Part shown: piece by piece, positions 18,927 through 28,335 of the stretch
How the letters are laid out: every line of letters begins with the position of its first letter
Numbering within the stretch: position 1 is the stretch's first letter
Source of the DNA: Bacilli bacterium
GTDB taxonomy: Bacteria > Bacillota_I > Bacilli_A > RF39 > UBA660
Direction: 5' to 3'
Assembly (NCBI GenBank): GCA_017459425.1
Contig: JAFUCZ010000034.1
Span: forward strand, 3,117 to 67,116
Length of the DNA stretch: 64,000 bases
Position numbers and translations under genes: made by a program
Notes under the pieces: generated by a model
The model's input: only the letters and a program-made list of their open reading frames with translations
Databases searched by the model: none
Told to the model about the DNA's origin: nothing

Positions 18927-20295
18927 ATTAAATAAAAAAGTATGGATTTTTTTAACTATATTTTCTTGTCTAATATTAATTTTCTTGTGGTTTTTCCAAG
19001 TAGTATTTTTAAAATCATTTTATAAATTTGATAAAACTAGAGAAATTAATAAATTAATTTCAAAAATTAAAACCAATTATAATGAAGATGATTTTTCAAA
19101 TTATATTGAAGAATTATCATTTAAAAATGATGTATGTATAATAATAACAGGTGATATTAATTTACAAACTAGATCTCATGCTTGTATGATGGATTTAGAA
19201 AATAAAAAAAACATAGAATACTATGAAAAAACTTTTGAATCAGCAAATAATGATAGTGATTCATATACTATGCTTAATCCAAGATTTAAAAATGAAACAT
19301 TAATTAATGCTTTTAAATTAAATAGTAACACAAATTGTTATTTAATCACATCTTTGGAACCTCTTGATTTAAATATTAATATTTTATCTAAACAGTTTAT
19401 TTTTGTGACAATTATTGTATTTTTATTGTCATTTATTATTGGATATTTTATTTCTAAAAAAATATCTAAACCAATTGTAAAAATGAATGAGCTAGCAAAT
19501 AATTTAGAAAAACGTAAATTTGATTTTAAATTTGACGAAAATACTGGTATTGAAGAATTAAATGAACTAGCGCACACATTAAATAAAGCGGTAATTGAAA
19601 TTTCAAAATCAGATGAACTACAAAGAGAATTTTTAGCTAATATTACACATGACTTAAAAACACCTCTTACAATGATTGAGGCATATGCTGAAATGGTAAG
19701 AGATATAACTTATAATAATACTGAAAAAAGAGAACAAAATTTAAATGTAATAATAGATGAATCAAAGCGTTTAAATTTACTAGTTAATGATATTTTAGAA
19801 TTATCTAGAATGCAAGCTGGTATAAGCGAATTAAAAACTAGTTCTTTTGATATAGTAGAACTTATTAAAAATATAATCAACAAATTTGATATATTAACTC
19901 AAAAAGAAAATTATGAATTTATATTTGATGTAAATCAAAAAATAAACGTAATTGGTGATGAGCAAAAGATAGAACAAGTTATTTACAATTTAATTAATAA
20001 CGCTATTAATTATACTGGCGATGATAAAAAGGTATACATATTTTTAGATTTAAATAAAGATACCATTAAAATAAATATAAAAGATACTGGTATTGGAATA
20101 GAAGAAGATAAAAAAGATTTAGTATGGCGTAAATACTTTAAAAGTGATAAAAAACATAAAAGAAATCAATATGGTACAGGCCTAGGATTATCAATAGTAA
20201 AAAGTATTCTTGAAGCACATAAATCTACATATGGTTTTACTTCTAAAAAAAATAAAGGAACTACATTTTATTTCACATTAAAAAGGGATGATTAA
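18907..20295 (+). CDS. sensor histidine kinase
   Basis: Two TM spans, H-box ANITHDLKTPL, N-box NLINNAINYT, G-box GTGLGLSIV. It overlaps the response-regulator gene by 20 nt. Confidence 0.9.
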   Translation: MMYKNTKLNKKVWIFLTIFSCLILIFLWFFQVVFLKSFYKFDKTREINKLISKIKTNYNEDDFSNYIEELSFKNDVCIIITGDINLQTRSHACMMDLENKKNIEYYEKTFESANNDSDSYTMLNPRFKNETLINAFKLNSNTNCYLITSLEPLDLNINILSKQFIFVTIIVFLLSFIIGYFISKKISKPIVKMNELANNLEKRKFDFKFDENTGIEELNELAHTLNKAVIEISKSDELQREFLANITHDLKTPLTMIEAYAEMVRDITYNNTEKREQNLNVIIDESKRLNLLVNDILELSRMQAGISELKTSSFDIVELIKNIINKFDILTQKENYEFIFDVNQKINVIGDEQKIEQVIYNLINNAINYTGDDKKVYIFLDLNKDTIKINIKDTGIGIEEDKKDLVWRKYFKSDKKHKRNQYGTGLGLSIVKSILEAHKSTYGFTSKKNKGTTFYFTLKRDD

Positions 20296-21237
20296 ATGAA
20301 CTATTTAATTTATGGATTAGATTCTTATCTAATAAAAAAAGAAATAGATAAAATTAAAAAAAGTAAAAAAATTTCTGATTTATCTATTTCTAAATATGAT
20401 TTAGAAAATACATTAATAGAAGAAGTAATTGATGATGCTACTACAGTTTCTTTATTCGATGAAGAAAAAATGATTATATGTGATAACGCATATATGTTTA
20501 CAGCTTCTACTAAAAAAATAATAGAACAAAATGTAAAAGTACTAGAAAATTATATCGAAAATACAAATAATTTATGTACAATAATATTTGTTGTAAATTA
20601 CGAAAAATTAGATGAACGAAAAAAAATAGTAAAAAGTTTTAAAAAGAATTGTAAAATAATTGAATGTAATAGTATAGATAAAATAGAAAATTACGTTAAA
20701 AAAATGTTTGACAATTATTCTATTAATTTAAGTGAAATTAATTTACTTATTGATAGAGTAGGTAATGATTTATCTATTTTAGATCAAGAAATAGAAAAAA
20801 TTAAAACTTATAAAAATGACGATTTACAAATTACAAAAGAAGATATAATTAACTTAACAGAAAAAAGTATTGATAATGATATATTTCATTTAATTGAAAA
20901 TATTGTAAATAAAAATAAAGATAAAGCTCTTGAATCACTAAGAGAAATGATAAAATTAAAAGAAGAACCAATTAAAATAATAATAATGCTTGCAAATCAA
21001 TTTAGACTTATATATCAAGCAAAAGGATTATATAAGCTAGGATATACTGAAGCTGATATTTCTAAAATGCTTAAAGTTCATCCATATAGAATTAAACTAT
21101 CTCTTTCTAAAGGTAGAGGAATTACAGATGAATTATTGCTTAAATATATAGAAAAATTAGCAGACTTAGATTATAAAATAAAAAGTGGAGAAATTTCTTC
21201 TTCACTTGCACTTGAAATGTTTATTCTAGAAAACTAG
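20296..21237 (+). CDS. holA: DNA polymerase III delta subunit
   Basis: 313 aa. The N-terminal YLIYGLDSYLI... and overall helical C-terminal pattern are typical of HolA. Called by similarity recall only. Confidence 0.65.
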   Translation: MNYLIYGLDSYLIKKEIDKIKKSKKISDLSISKYDLENTLIEEVIDDATTVSLFDEEKMIICDNAYMFTASTKKIIEQNVKVLENYIENTNNLCTIIFVVNYEKLDERKKIVKSFKKNCKIIECNSIDKIENYVKKMFDNYSINLSEINLLIDRVGNDLSILDQEIEKIKTYKNDDLQITKEDIINLTEKSIDNDIFHLIENIVNKNKDKALESLREMIKLKEEPIKIIIMLANQFRLIYQAKGLYKLGYTEADISKMLKVHPYRIKLSLSKGRGITDELLLKYIEKLADLDYKIKSGEISSSLALEMFILEN

Positions 21238-21238
21238 A

Positions 21239-22450
21239 TCATGATTTCAAACTATTTATTTTATCCATTACTTCTTTTAATTTTTTTTCATATTTAGAAT
21301 TTTTTGGTTTAAAATAAACTTTATCTTTAATATTATCAGGTAAATATTGTTGGTCTACCCATGAATTTGGATAGTTATGCGGATATTTATAATCTGGAGA
21401 TGTAGTTTTAATATGATTTGGAACATTTCCTGTATTTCCTTTATGAATATCATTTAATGCTTCGTCAAGCGCTAAATATGCGCTATTTGATTTTGGAGAT
21501 AATGCTAGTTCAATTATAATGTTTGCTAAAATAATTCTAGCTTCAGGTAATCCAACTCTATCACAAGCATTAATTGCAGCATCTACTTTAGGACCCATAC
21601 TAGGATTAGCTAACCCTATATCTTCATAAGCAATAACAGTCATTCTTCTATAAATGCTATCTAAATCTTCTTGTTCAATTAAACGAGCTAAGTAGTGTAA
21701 ACTAGCATTTACATCACTTCCCCGAATAGACTTTTGAAAAGCACTTAAAACATCATAATGGCCATCATCACTAGCGTCACTAAAGAAAACCGGCTTAGAG
21801 TTAATTTGTTTTAAAATATCTAATGTTATTACACCATCAGTAGTTGAATAATAAGCTACTTCTAGTAGGTTATAAGCATATCTTAAGTCGCCACTTGATA
21901 AACTAGCTATATATTTAATAGATTCTGAATCGATTTTTAAATTTTCTAATATTTTTTTTGATTTTACCTTTTTTAATCCTGTTATTACATCATCACTATT
22001 TAATTCTTTTAACTCAAATATTTGACATCTGCTTCTAATAGCAGGATTTATTTTATGATAAGGATTAGATGTAGTCATACCAATTAATGTAACTAAACCA
22101 TTTTCTAAATACGGTAAAAGTAAATCTTGTTTATCTTTATTTAATCTATGTATTTCATCCATTATTACTACAATAGATCCATACATTTTAGCTTCTTCTA
22201 TTACTGTATCAAAATCTTTTTTATTATTAATTACAGCATTAAGCATTCTGTACCTTAAACCTAGCTCATTTACTATGGCAAGGGCTAAACTAGTTTTACC
22301 AATACCTGGTTTACCATAAAAAATACATGAAAATAATTTTTTATTTTTTACTAAATTTGTAAGTATTTTATCTTTTCCAATTAAGTGTGTTTGACCAATA
22401 ATATCACTTAATTTTTTTGGCCTTAATTTAATTGCTAAAGGTTCGTTCAT
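21239..22450 (-). CDS. rarA: replication-associated recombination protein A (MgsA/RarA AAA+ ATPase)
   Basis: LRPKKLSDIIGQTHL, Walker A GKPGIGKTSLA, Walker B VIMDEIHR, and the MgsA C-terminal domain (HYDVLSAFQKSIRGSD). Confidence 0.92.
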   Translation of the reverse strand: MNEPLAIKLRPKKLSDIIGQTHLIGKDKILTNLVKNKKLFSCIFYGKPGIGKTSLALAIVNELGLRYRMLNAVINNKKDFDTVIEEAKMYGSIVVIMDEIHRLNKDKQDLLLPYLENGLVTLIGMTTSNPYHKINPAIRSRCQIFELKELNSDDVITGLKKVKSKKILENLKIDSESIKYIASLSSGDLRYAYNLLEVAYYSTTDGVITLDILKQINSKPVFFSDASDDGHYDVLSAFQKSIRGSDVNASLHYLARLIEQEDLDSIYRRMTVIAYEDIGLANPSMGPKVDAAINACDRVGLPEARIILANIIIELALSPKSNSAYLALDEALNDIHKGNTGNVPNHIKTTSPDYKYPHNYPNSWVDQQYLPDNIKDKVYFKPKNSKYEKKLKEVMDKINSLKS

Positions 22451-22545
22451 ATTACCACCAAAGTTATTTTATCAAAAATAATAGAGTGTGTAAACTAGTG
22501 TAAATACGTTTGTTTTTTAATAAATAATAGTTTATAATTATATTA

Positions 22546-23439
22546 GTGATGCTTATGATTGATGATAGAATGAATGATTTTTTAAATTACTTAATAATTG
22601 ATAAAAACTATTCTGAGAATACTAAATTATCATATTTTGAAGAATTAAAAAAGTTTAATACATTTTTAAATAAAATAAATAAAAATTCAATTAATGTAAA
22701 AAAAGAAGATATAAATAATTATTTTTCACAACTATATGATGAATCGCTTGAATCAAAAAGTATATCTCATAGTGTTTCTACATTAAAATCATTTTATAAA
22801 TATTTAACAATAAACAAAATAATAAATTCTAATCCGCTTGATTCAATTAAATTACCTAAAATTAAAAAAACAATACCTAAATCATTATCAATGGAAGAAG
22901 TAGATATACTTTTAAATATAGAGGTAAATGACAAATATTCATCAAGAAATAAAGCTATGCTAGAACTCATGTATGCAACTGGACTTAGAGTCTCTGAATT
23001 AGTTAATCTAAAACTTCAAGATATAGATTTAAATAATTGTTTAATAAGAATTATCGGAAAAGGAAATAAAGAAAGAATTATTCCAGTTGGTGATTATGCA
23101 CTTGAAGCAACTAAATTGTATTTAAATTTATATAGGGATTCTTTTTTAAAAGGAAAAGTAAATGACTATGTATTTGTAACAAGTCAAAATAAACCTATGA
23201 CTAGACAACAGTTCTTTAAAATAATTAAAAAACTAGCTTTAGAATTAAATATTAAAACAGATTTTTCGCCACATACTTTAAGGCATTCATTTGCAACACA
23301 CTTACTTGATAATGGTGCTGATTTAAGAAGTATTCAAGAGTTTTTAGGACACACTTCAATTTCAACAACACAAGTATATACATATGTATCAAAAGAAAAA
23401 ATAAGAGAAAAATATAATGAATCGCATCCACATGCGTAA
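22546..23439 (+). CDS. XerC/XerD-family tyrosine recombinase
   Basis: ATGLRVSEL, HTLRHSFATHLL, LGHTSISTTQVYTYV (R-H-R-Y catalytic set). About 295 aa. The start could be any of three nearby Met codons. Confidence 0.88.
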   Translation: MMLMIDDRMNDFLNYLIIDKNYSENTKLSYFEELKKFNTFLNKINKNSINVKKEDINNYFSQLYDESLESKSISHSVSTLKSFYKYLTINKIINSNPLDSIKLPKIKKTIPKSLSMEEVDILLNIEVNDKYSSRNKAMLELMYATGLRVSELVNLKLQDIDLNNCLIRIIGKGNKERIIPVGDYALEATKLYLNLYRDSFLKGKVNDYVFVTSQNKPMTRQQFFKIIKKLALELNIKTDFSPHTLRHSFATHLLDNGADLRSIQEFLGHTSISTTQVYTYVSKEKIREKYNESHPHA

Positions 23440-23448
23440 GGAGGAAAT

Positions 23449-24834
23449 ATGAAATTAACAAATAAAATAAATAAGCAAATTTTTAGAGAATACGATATTA
23501 GAGGAATATATGAGACAGATTTAAATATTGACGTAGCGTATACAATTGGTAAAAGTTTTGGAAGCTATGTACAAGAAAAATATAATGAAAAAACTGTAGT
23601 AGTAGGGTATGATAATAGATTATCTTCACCTACTTTAAATGAAGGTATTATAAATGGATTACTTAGTACTGGGGTTGAAGTAATTACTCTAGGTCTTGTT
23701 ACTACACCAATGTATTATTATGCTAGAATATTATATAATGCTCCCGCTGGTATTATGATTACAGCAAGTCATAATCCAAAAGAATTTAATGGATTTAAAA
23801 TTAGTTTTGAAAAATCAGGAAATGCATATGGAAAGTACATTCAAGATTTTTTAAATTATACATTAAATCTTAATTTTATTAATGGCAAAGGAAATATTAT
23901 AAAAAAAGATATTAAAGAAGAATATATTAAATTACTTACTACAAGTGTAGATTTAAATTTAAATAAAAAACGTGTAGTTCTAGACTGTGGTAATGGAACA
24001 GGTTCTATAATTATAAAAGATATTTTTGACAAATTAAATGTTGAATATTACCCTTTATATTGCGACAGTGATGGAAACTTTCCAAACCACCATCCTGATC
24101 CATCTGTACCAAAAAATATGATTGATTTAGGTAAAAAAGTTAAAGAATTAAATTATGATTTTGGTATTGGAATAGATGGCGATGCTGATAGAGTAGGTAT
24201 AGTAGATGAATGCGGCAATTTTATTGCAGCTGATTTATATATGTTAATAATGTATAGATATTTAAATAAATCATTAAATACACGTAAAGCATTATTTGAT
24301 GTCAAATGTTCTAAAGCTTTAATTGATGAATTAAATAAGCTTTCAATTGAACCAGTAATGTATAGAACTGGTAATTCATATACAAATATGATGATGCAAA
24401 AAGGTAATTTTGATTTCGGAGGAGAATTTTCAGGACACGTATTTTTTAGAGATAAGTTTCCGGGATTTGATGATGGAATATATGGGGGTTTAAGATTACT
24501 TGAAGTTTTAAATCATACAGATAAAAAATTATCGCAGCTCTTAGATGGAATAAATAAATACTATTCTACTGAAGAAATAAAATTTAGTGTTACAGATGAA
24601 AATAAATTTAAAATAGTAGATGAAATAATAAAATATGCAAAAGAAAAAAATTATAAATTTACTGATATTGATGGTATTAGAGTCGAATTTAATGATTCTT
24701 GGGCACTTGTTAGATGTTCTAACACTGGCCCAAATATAACAGCACGATTTGAAGCTAAAACTAAAGAAAGATTAGATGAACTACAAAACGAATTTGTAAG
24801 TCTAGTTAATAAACTTAAAGATGAAATTAGATAG
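23449..24834 (+). CDS. alpha-D-phosphohexomutase (phosphoglucomutase/phosphomannomutase family)
   Basis: Active-site TASHNPKEFNG, metal loop GIDGDADR, sugar loop GGEFSGH. Confidence 0.88.
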   Translation: MKLTNKINKQIFREYDIRGIYETDLNIDVAYTIGKSFGSYVQEKYNEKTVVVGYDNRLSSPTLNEGIINGLLSTGVEVITLGLVTTPMYYYARILYNAPAGIMITASHNPKEFNGFKISFEKSGNAYGKYIQDFLNYTLNLNFINGKGNIIKKDIKEEYIKLLTTSVDLNLNKKRVVLDCGNGTGSIIIKDIFDKLNVEYYPLYCDSDGNFPNHHPDPSVPKNMIDLGKKVKELNYDFGIGIDGDADRVGIVDECGNFIAADLYMLIMYRYLNKSLNTRKALFDVKCSKALIDELNKLSIEPVMYRTGNSYTNMMMQKGNFDFGGEFSGHVFFRDKFPGFDDGIYGGLRLLEVLNHTDKKLSQLLDGINKYYSTEEIKFSVTDENKFKIVDEIIKYAKEKNYKFTDIDGIRVEFNDSWALVRCSNTGPNITARFEAKTKERLDELQNEFVSLVNKLKDEIR

Positions 24835-25534
24835 TATTGCATGGAATGAAGAAAATTATAAAAAGTTTGTAGATTATTTATATTCATTACAAGATTTAAA
24901 TTATCGTGAATTTCATAATAAACTAAATAAAAATACATTAAATTTAATTGGTATTAGAACCCCTTTACTAAAAAATATTGCTAAAGTTATATCAAAAGGT
25001 AATTATTTAGAATTCATAAAAATCAATAAACATTCAACTTATGAAGAAATAATTATCGAAGGACTGGTTATAGGATACATTAAAAGCGATTTTAAGAGTG
25101 TTTTAGAGCTAGTTAATAACTTTATACCTTTGATTGATAATTGGGCCGTTAATGACGTTGTATGCGCTAATTTGAAGTGTTTTAAAAAATATCAAAAAGA
25201 AGGATTTGTTGATATCAAAAAATATTTATCTAGTTCTAATCCATGGAGTATTCGTTTTGGAATTGTTTTATTACTAGATCACTATATTAATGATGATTAT
25301 ATTAATGAATTAATGAAAATAATCAAAAGCATTAAAAATACAAATTACTATGTAACAATGGCTAATGCATGGCTTATATCAATTTGTTTTATAAAGTATC
25401 CTGATATTACTATAAATTTATTTATTAATAATGAACTTGATAATGAAACAAATAATAAAGCAATAAAAAAAATAAAAGAGTCTTTAAGAGTAGATAAAAA
25501 AACAAAATTATTTTTAAGTAATTACATAAAATAG
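24821..25534 (+). CDS. DNA alkylation repair (AlkD-like HEAT repeat) protein
   Basis: About 235 aa helical repeat protein with the NWAVNDVVC motif, recalled from the AlkD/DUF1061 family. Confidence 0.55.
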   Translation: MKLDSIAWNEENYKKFVDYLYSLQDLNYREFHNKLNKNTLNLIGIRTPLLKNIAKVISKGNYLEFIKINKHSTYEEIIIEGLVIGYIKSDFKSVLELVNNFIPLIDNWAVNDVVCANLKCFKKYQKEGFVDIKKYLSSSNPWSIRFGIVLLLDHYINDDYINELMKIIKSIKNTNYYVTMANAWLISICFIKYPDITINLFINNELDNETNNKAIKKIKESLRVDKKTKLFLSNYIK

Positions 25535-25552
25535 ATTTTAATCTATTTTTTT
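25529..25552 (+). terminator. intrinsic terminator
   Basis: AAATAGAT-TTTA-ATCTATTT followed by a T-run. Confidence 0.7.
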
Positions 25553-25583
25553 GTTATAATATTTTAAAAAAAGAGGTGATTTT

Positions 25584-27305
25584 ATGAAGAATAATAATTT
25601 TAAAATCATTTTCCATTATTTAAAAGATGAAAAACTTTTAATTTTTATCTATATGTTGTTAGTTGTTATAAATTATGTTCCAAGCTTACTTTCAGCATAT
25701 TTTTGGGGATTAGGTCTTGAATATCTTCTTAAAATGAATTTTAAAATGTTTTTAATTTTTTTATTAATATGGGAATCAATACACATTTTATGTTACACTG
25801 TACTAGCATATCCTAGAGATAGTATTTATAATTATTTAGAAATCAAATTTTCTAAAAATGCCTTAAAAGATTTATATCATAAAACATCTAATTTACCTGC
25901 AGTAGCTTTTGAAGAAAAAGGTGTAGGAGAATTTATAAATAGAATGACATCAGATCCAGATAGGGTAATGGATTTATTATCTAATTTAATTAGAATGATT
26001 TGTAAAAGTTTAGTTGTAATTGTTATAGTGATTATTTGTATAAAAACTTCTTTAATACTTACTCTTGAAATATTTATTTTTGGCTTAATTATGGGTTTTA
26101 TTTCTAAAAAGTTTTTCCCTAAAATTAAAAAATCACAAGAAAAAATTAAAAAGCAATCAGATATTAATGTTAAAAAAATGACTGAAAACTTAAATGGTAT
26201 TAGAGAAGTAAAAGCTCTTGGGATAAAAGAAACGCAAGAAAGACAGATGTTTTTTAATATTGATTCTTTATTTAAAGAATCTAGAATTCAGAAAAAGAAT
26301 GAACTTAAATATTATAACCTTAATAATTTAATTTATTTTTTATTAGAACTTGTAATTCTTATTACATGTGGTAGATTATATATTATTCATAAATTATCTT
26401 TTGCAATGTTTATAATGATTGATTCTTATATTTGGAAAGTTGATGATATTGTTGAATCAATTAGTGAATTTGGAGTAAATTATAATAAAGTTTCTGTTTC
26501 ACTTAAAAGAATTGATGAAATTATAAATAACAAATTATATAAAGATGAATCATTTGGTAGTAAAAACATAGAAAATATAAATGGTATAATTGAATTTAAA
26601 GATGTATATATGAAATATAAAAAAGATGAAAACAATACTTTAAATGGATTAAATTTAAAGCTTGTTCCAAATAAAAAAATCGCAATTGTAGGTAGAAGTG
26701 GGAATGGTAAAACTACAATATTTAATTTACTTTTAAGATATTTTGACGCTACTAAAGGTGAAGTATTAATAGATGGAATTAATATTAAAGATTTAAGTGA
26801 ATCATCTTTAAGAAGTAGTATTTCAATTATCAGACAAAATCCATTTTTATTTAATTTATCTATTATTGATAATTTTAAATTAGTAAAAGAAGATGTAACA
26901 ATAGAAGAAATTAAAAAAGTTTGTAAAAAAGCATATATTCATGATTATATAATGAGTTTACCAAATAAATATAATACAATAATAGGTGAGGGAGGAGTTA
27001 ATTTATCTGGTGGTCAAAAACAACGTCTTGCAATAGCTAGAACTCTTTTATTAAATACTAAAATAATTTTATTTGATGAAGCAACATCAGCACTAGATAA
27101 TGAAAGTCAGGAATATATTAAAAAAACTATTGATAATTTAGTATGTGATCATACTGTTGTTATCATAGCTCATAGACTTTCAACTATAATAGATGCAGAT
27201 ATAATAAATGTAATTGAAAACGGTACATTAGTTGAAACTGGAACTCACAAAGAATTAATAAAAGATAGTAAAATATATAAAAAATTATATAATACTGAAT
27301 TATAA
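25584..27305 (+). CDS. ABC exporter, fused permease/ATPase (MsbA/LmrA type)
   Basis: Six TM spans at the N-terminus. Walker A GRSGNGKTT, signature LSGGQKQR, Walker B ILFDEATSALD. Confidence 0.92.
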   Translation: MKNNNFKIIFHYLKDEKLLIFIYMLLVVINYVPSLLSAYFWGLGLEYLLKMNFKMFLIFLLIWESIHILCYTVLAYPRDSIYNYLEIKFSKNALKDLYHKTSNLPAVAFEEKGVGEFINRMTSDPDRVMDLLSNLIRMICKSLVVIVIVIICIKTSLILTLEIFIFGLIMGFISKKFFPKIKKSQEKIKKQSDINVKKMTENLNGIREVKALGIKETQERQMFFNIDSLFKESRIQKKNELKYYNLNNLIYFLLELVILITCGRLYIIHKLSFAMFIMIDSYIWKVDDIVESISEFGVNYNKVSVSLKRIDEIINNKLYKDESFGSKNIENINGIIEFKDVYMKYKKDENNTLNGLNLKLVPNKKIAIVGRSGNGKTTIFNLLLRYFDATKGEVLIDGINIKDLSESSLRSSISIIRQNPFLFNLSIIDNFKLVKEDVTIEEIKKVCKKAYIHDYIMSLPNKYNTIIGEGGVNLSGGQKQRLAIARTLLLNTKIILFDEATSALDNESQEYIKKTIDNLVCDHTVVIIAHRLSTIIDADIINVIENGTLVETGTHKELIKDSKIYKKLYNTEL

Positions 27306-27333
27306 AATGTGCATATACTTTATTGGTGATATT

Positions 27334-28065
27334 ATGAGCCAAACTGTATATGCATATTTTTTATCTACAATTGCAGGGATGTCTACATTAATTGGTACTG
27401 TATTAATTTTTATAAAAAAAATAAATAAAAATAAATTTATTTCTAAATGTTTATTTTTTTCAAGTGGAGTAATGCTTTATGTATCATTTTTTGATTTAAT
27501 TCCAGAATCATTTAATATATTTACTAGTATTTTTTATTTATTTCCAAGTATTATCTTATTACTTATTTTCTTAGTACTTGGTATAATTACTTCTTCTTTT
27601 ATTGAAAGAAAAGTTAATAAAAAAAATAGTTTATATAAAATTGGAATAGTTTCAATGATTGCAATAATACTTCATAATATCCCAGAGGGTATCATTACTT
27701 TTTTATCATATAATACTAGTGTTGGAACCTCATTATTAATAGCAATAGCCTTACATAATATCCCAGAAGGTATTAGTATATCAATTCCTATTTTTTACTC
27801 AACAAACTCAAAATTAAAAGCATTTTTTTATACTTTTATTTCAGGTTTATCTGAGCCGTTTGGTGCTTTAATAGCGCATATATTTTTATCTAACTTAAAT
27901 ACTAATATTATGTGTTACTTATTTGCATTTACAGCTGGTATTATGATTCAAATATCAGTTTTTGAACTAATTAAAGAAGCACATAAACTAAAAGAGAAGG
28001 GAAGTGTACTATATTTGTTTTTAGGTATATTTTTAATGTATTTAAGCCATTTAATAACAAAATAA
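27334..28065 (+). CDS. zupT: ZIP family zinc transporter
   Basis: Two HNIPEG motifs. Polytopic, about 243 aa. Start taken at ATG 27334. Confidence 0.8.
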   Translation: MSQTVYAYFLSTIAGMSTLIGTVLIFIKKINKNKFISKCLFFSSGVMLYVSFFDLIPESFNIFTSIFYLFPSIILLLIFLVLGIITSSFIERKVNKKNSLYKIGIVSMIAIILHNIPEGIITFLSYNTSVGTSLLIAIALHNIPEGISISIPIFYSTNSKLKAFFYTFISGLSEPFGALIAHIFLSNLNTNIMCYLFAFTAGIMIQISVFELIKEAHKLKEKGSVLYLFLGIFLMYLSHLITK

Positions 28066-28086
28066 GAGACTAATAGTCTCTTTTTT
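28065..28086. terminator. terminator between convergent genes
   Basis: AGAGAC-TAATA-GTCTCT followed by TTTTTT. Confidence 0.75.
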
Positions 28087-28089
28087 GGG

Positions 28090-28215
28090 TTATCTACAAT
28101 CTGTTTGTGAATTATTATTTGCCTCATTTGTTCTTTGGCAATTATCACATTTTTTAGAAGTACTATTTGTTTTATTAGTTACTTTATTTGATTGCATCTT
28201 TTTACTCTTACTCAT
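28090..28215 (-). CDS. small basic Cys-containing protein (41 aa, MSKSKKMQSNKVTNKTNSTSKKCDNCQRTNEANNNSQTDCR)
   Basis: Not in the ORF track (below its size cutoff). GGGTGAT RBS 5 nt before the ATG, and the ORF ends at the shared terminator. Confidence 0.4.
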   Translation of the reverse strand: MSKSKKMQSNKVTNKTNSTSKKCDNCQRTNEANNNSQTDCR

Positions 28216-28335
28216 TTTTATCACCCAGTAATATTATGTGAAGAAATATTTTTTATATAAATGTTATTTTTTTACAGGAGTTTGATTAATTTTAAATAAT
28301 ATTATAATTGAGGTGATTTTATTTTAGATAATATA

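Noticed and set aside
28217-28244. Second dif-like half site (TTATGTGAAGA preceded by GTAATA) that could have marked an IMEX element containing the helicase.
   Set aside because: Only about 8/11 of one arm matches, and the other arm shows no similarity. It is in inverted rather than direct orientation relative to the dif at 29735..29762.
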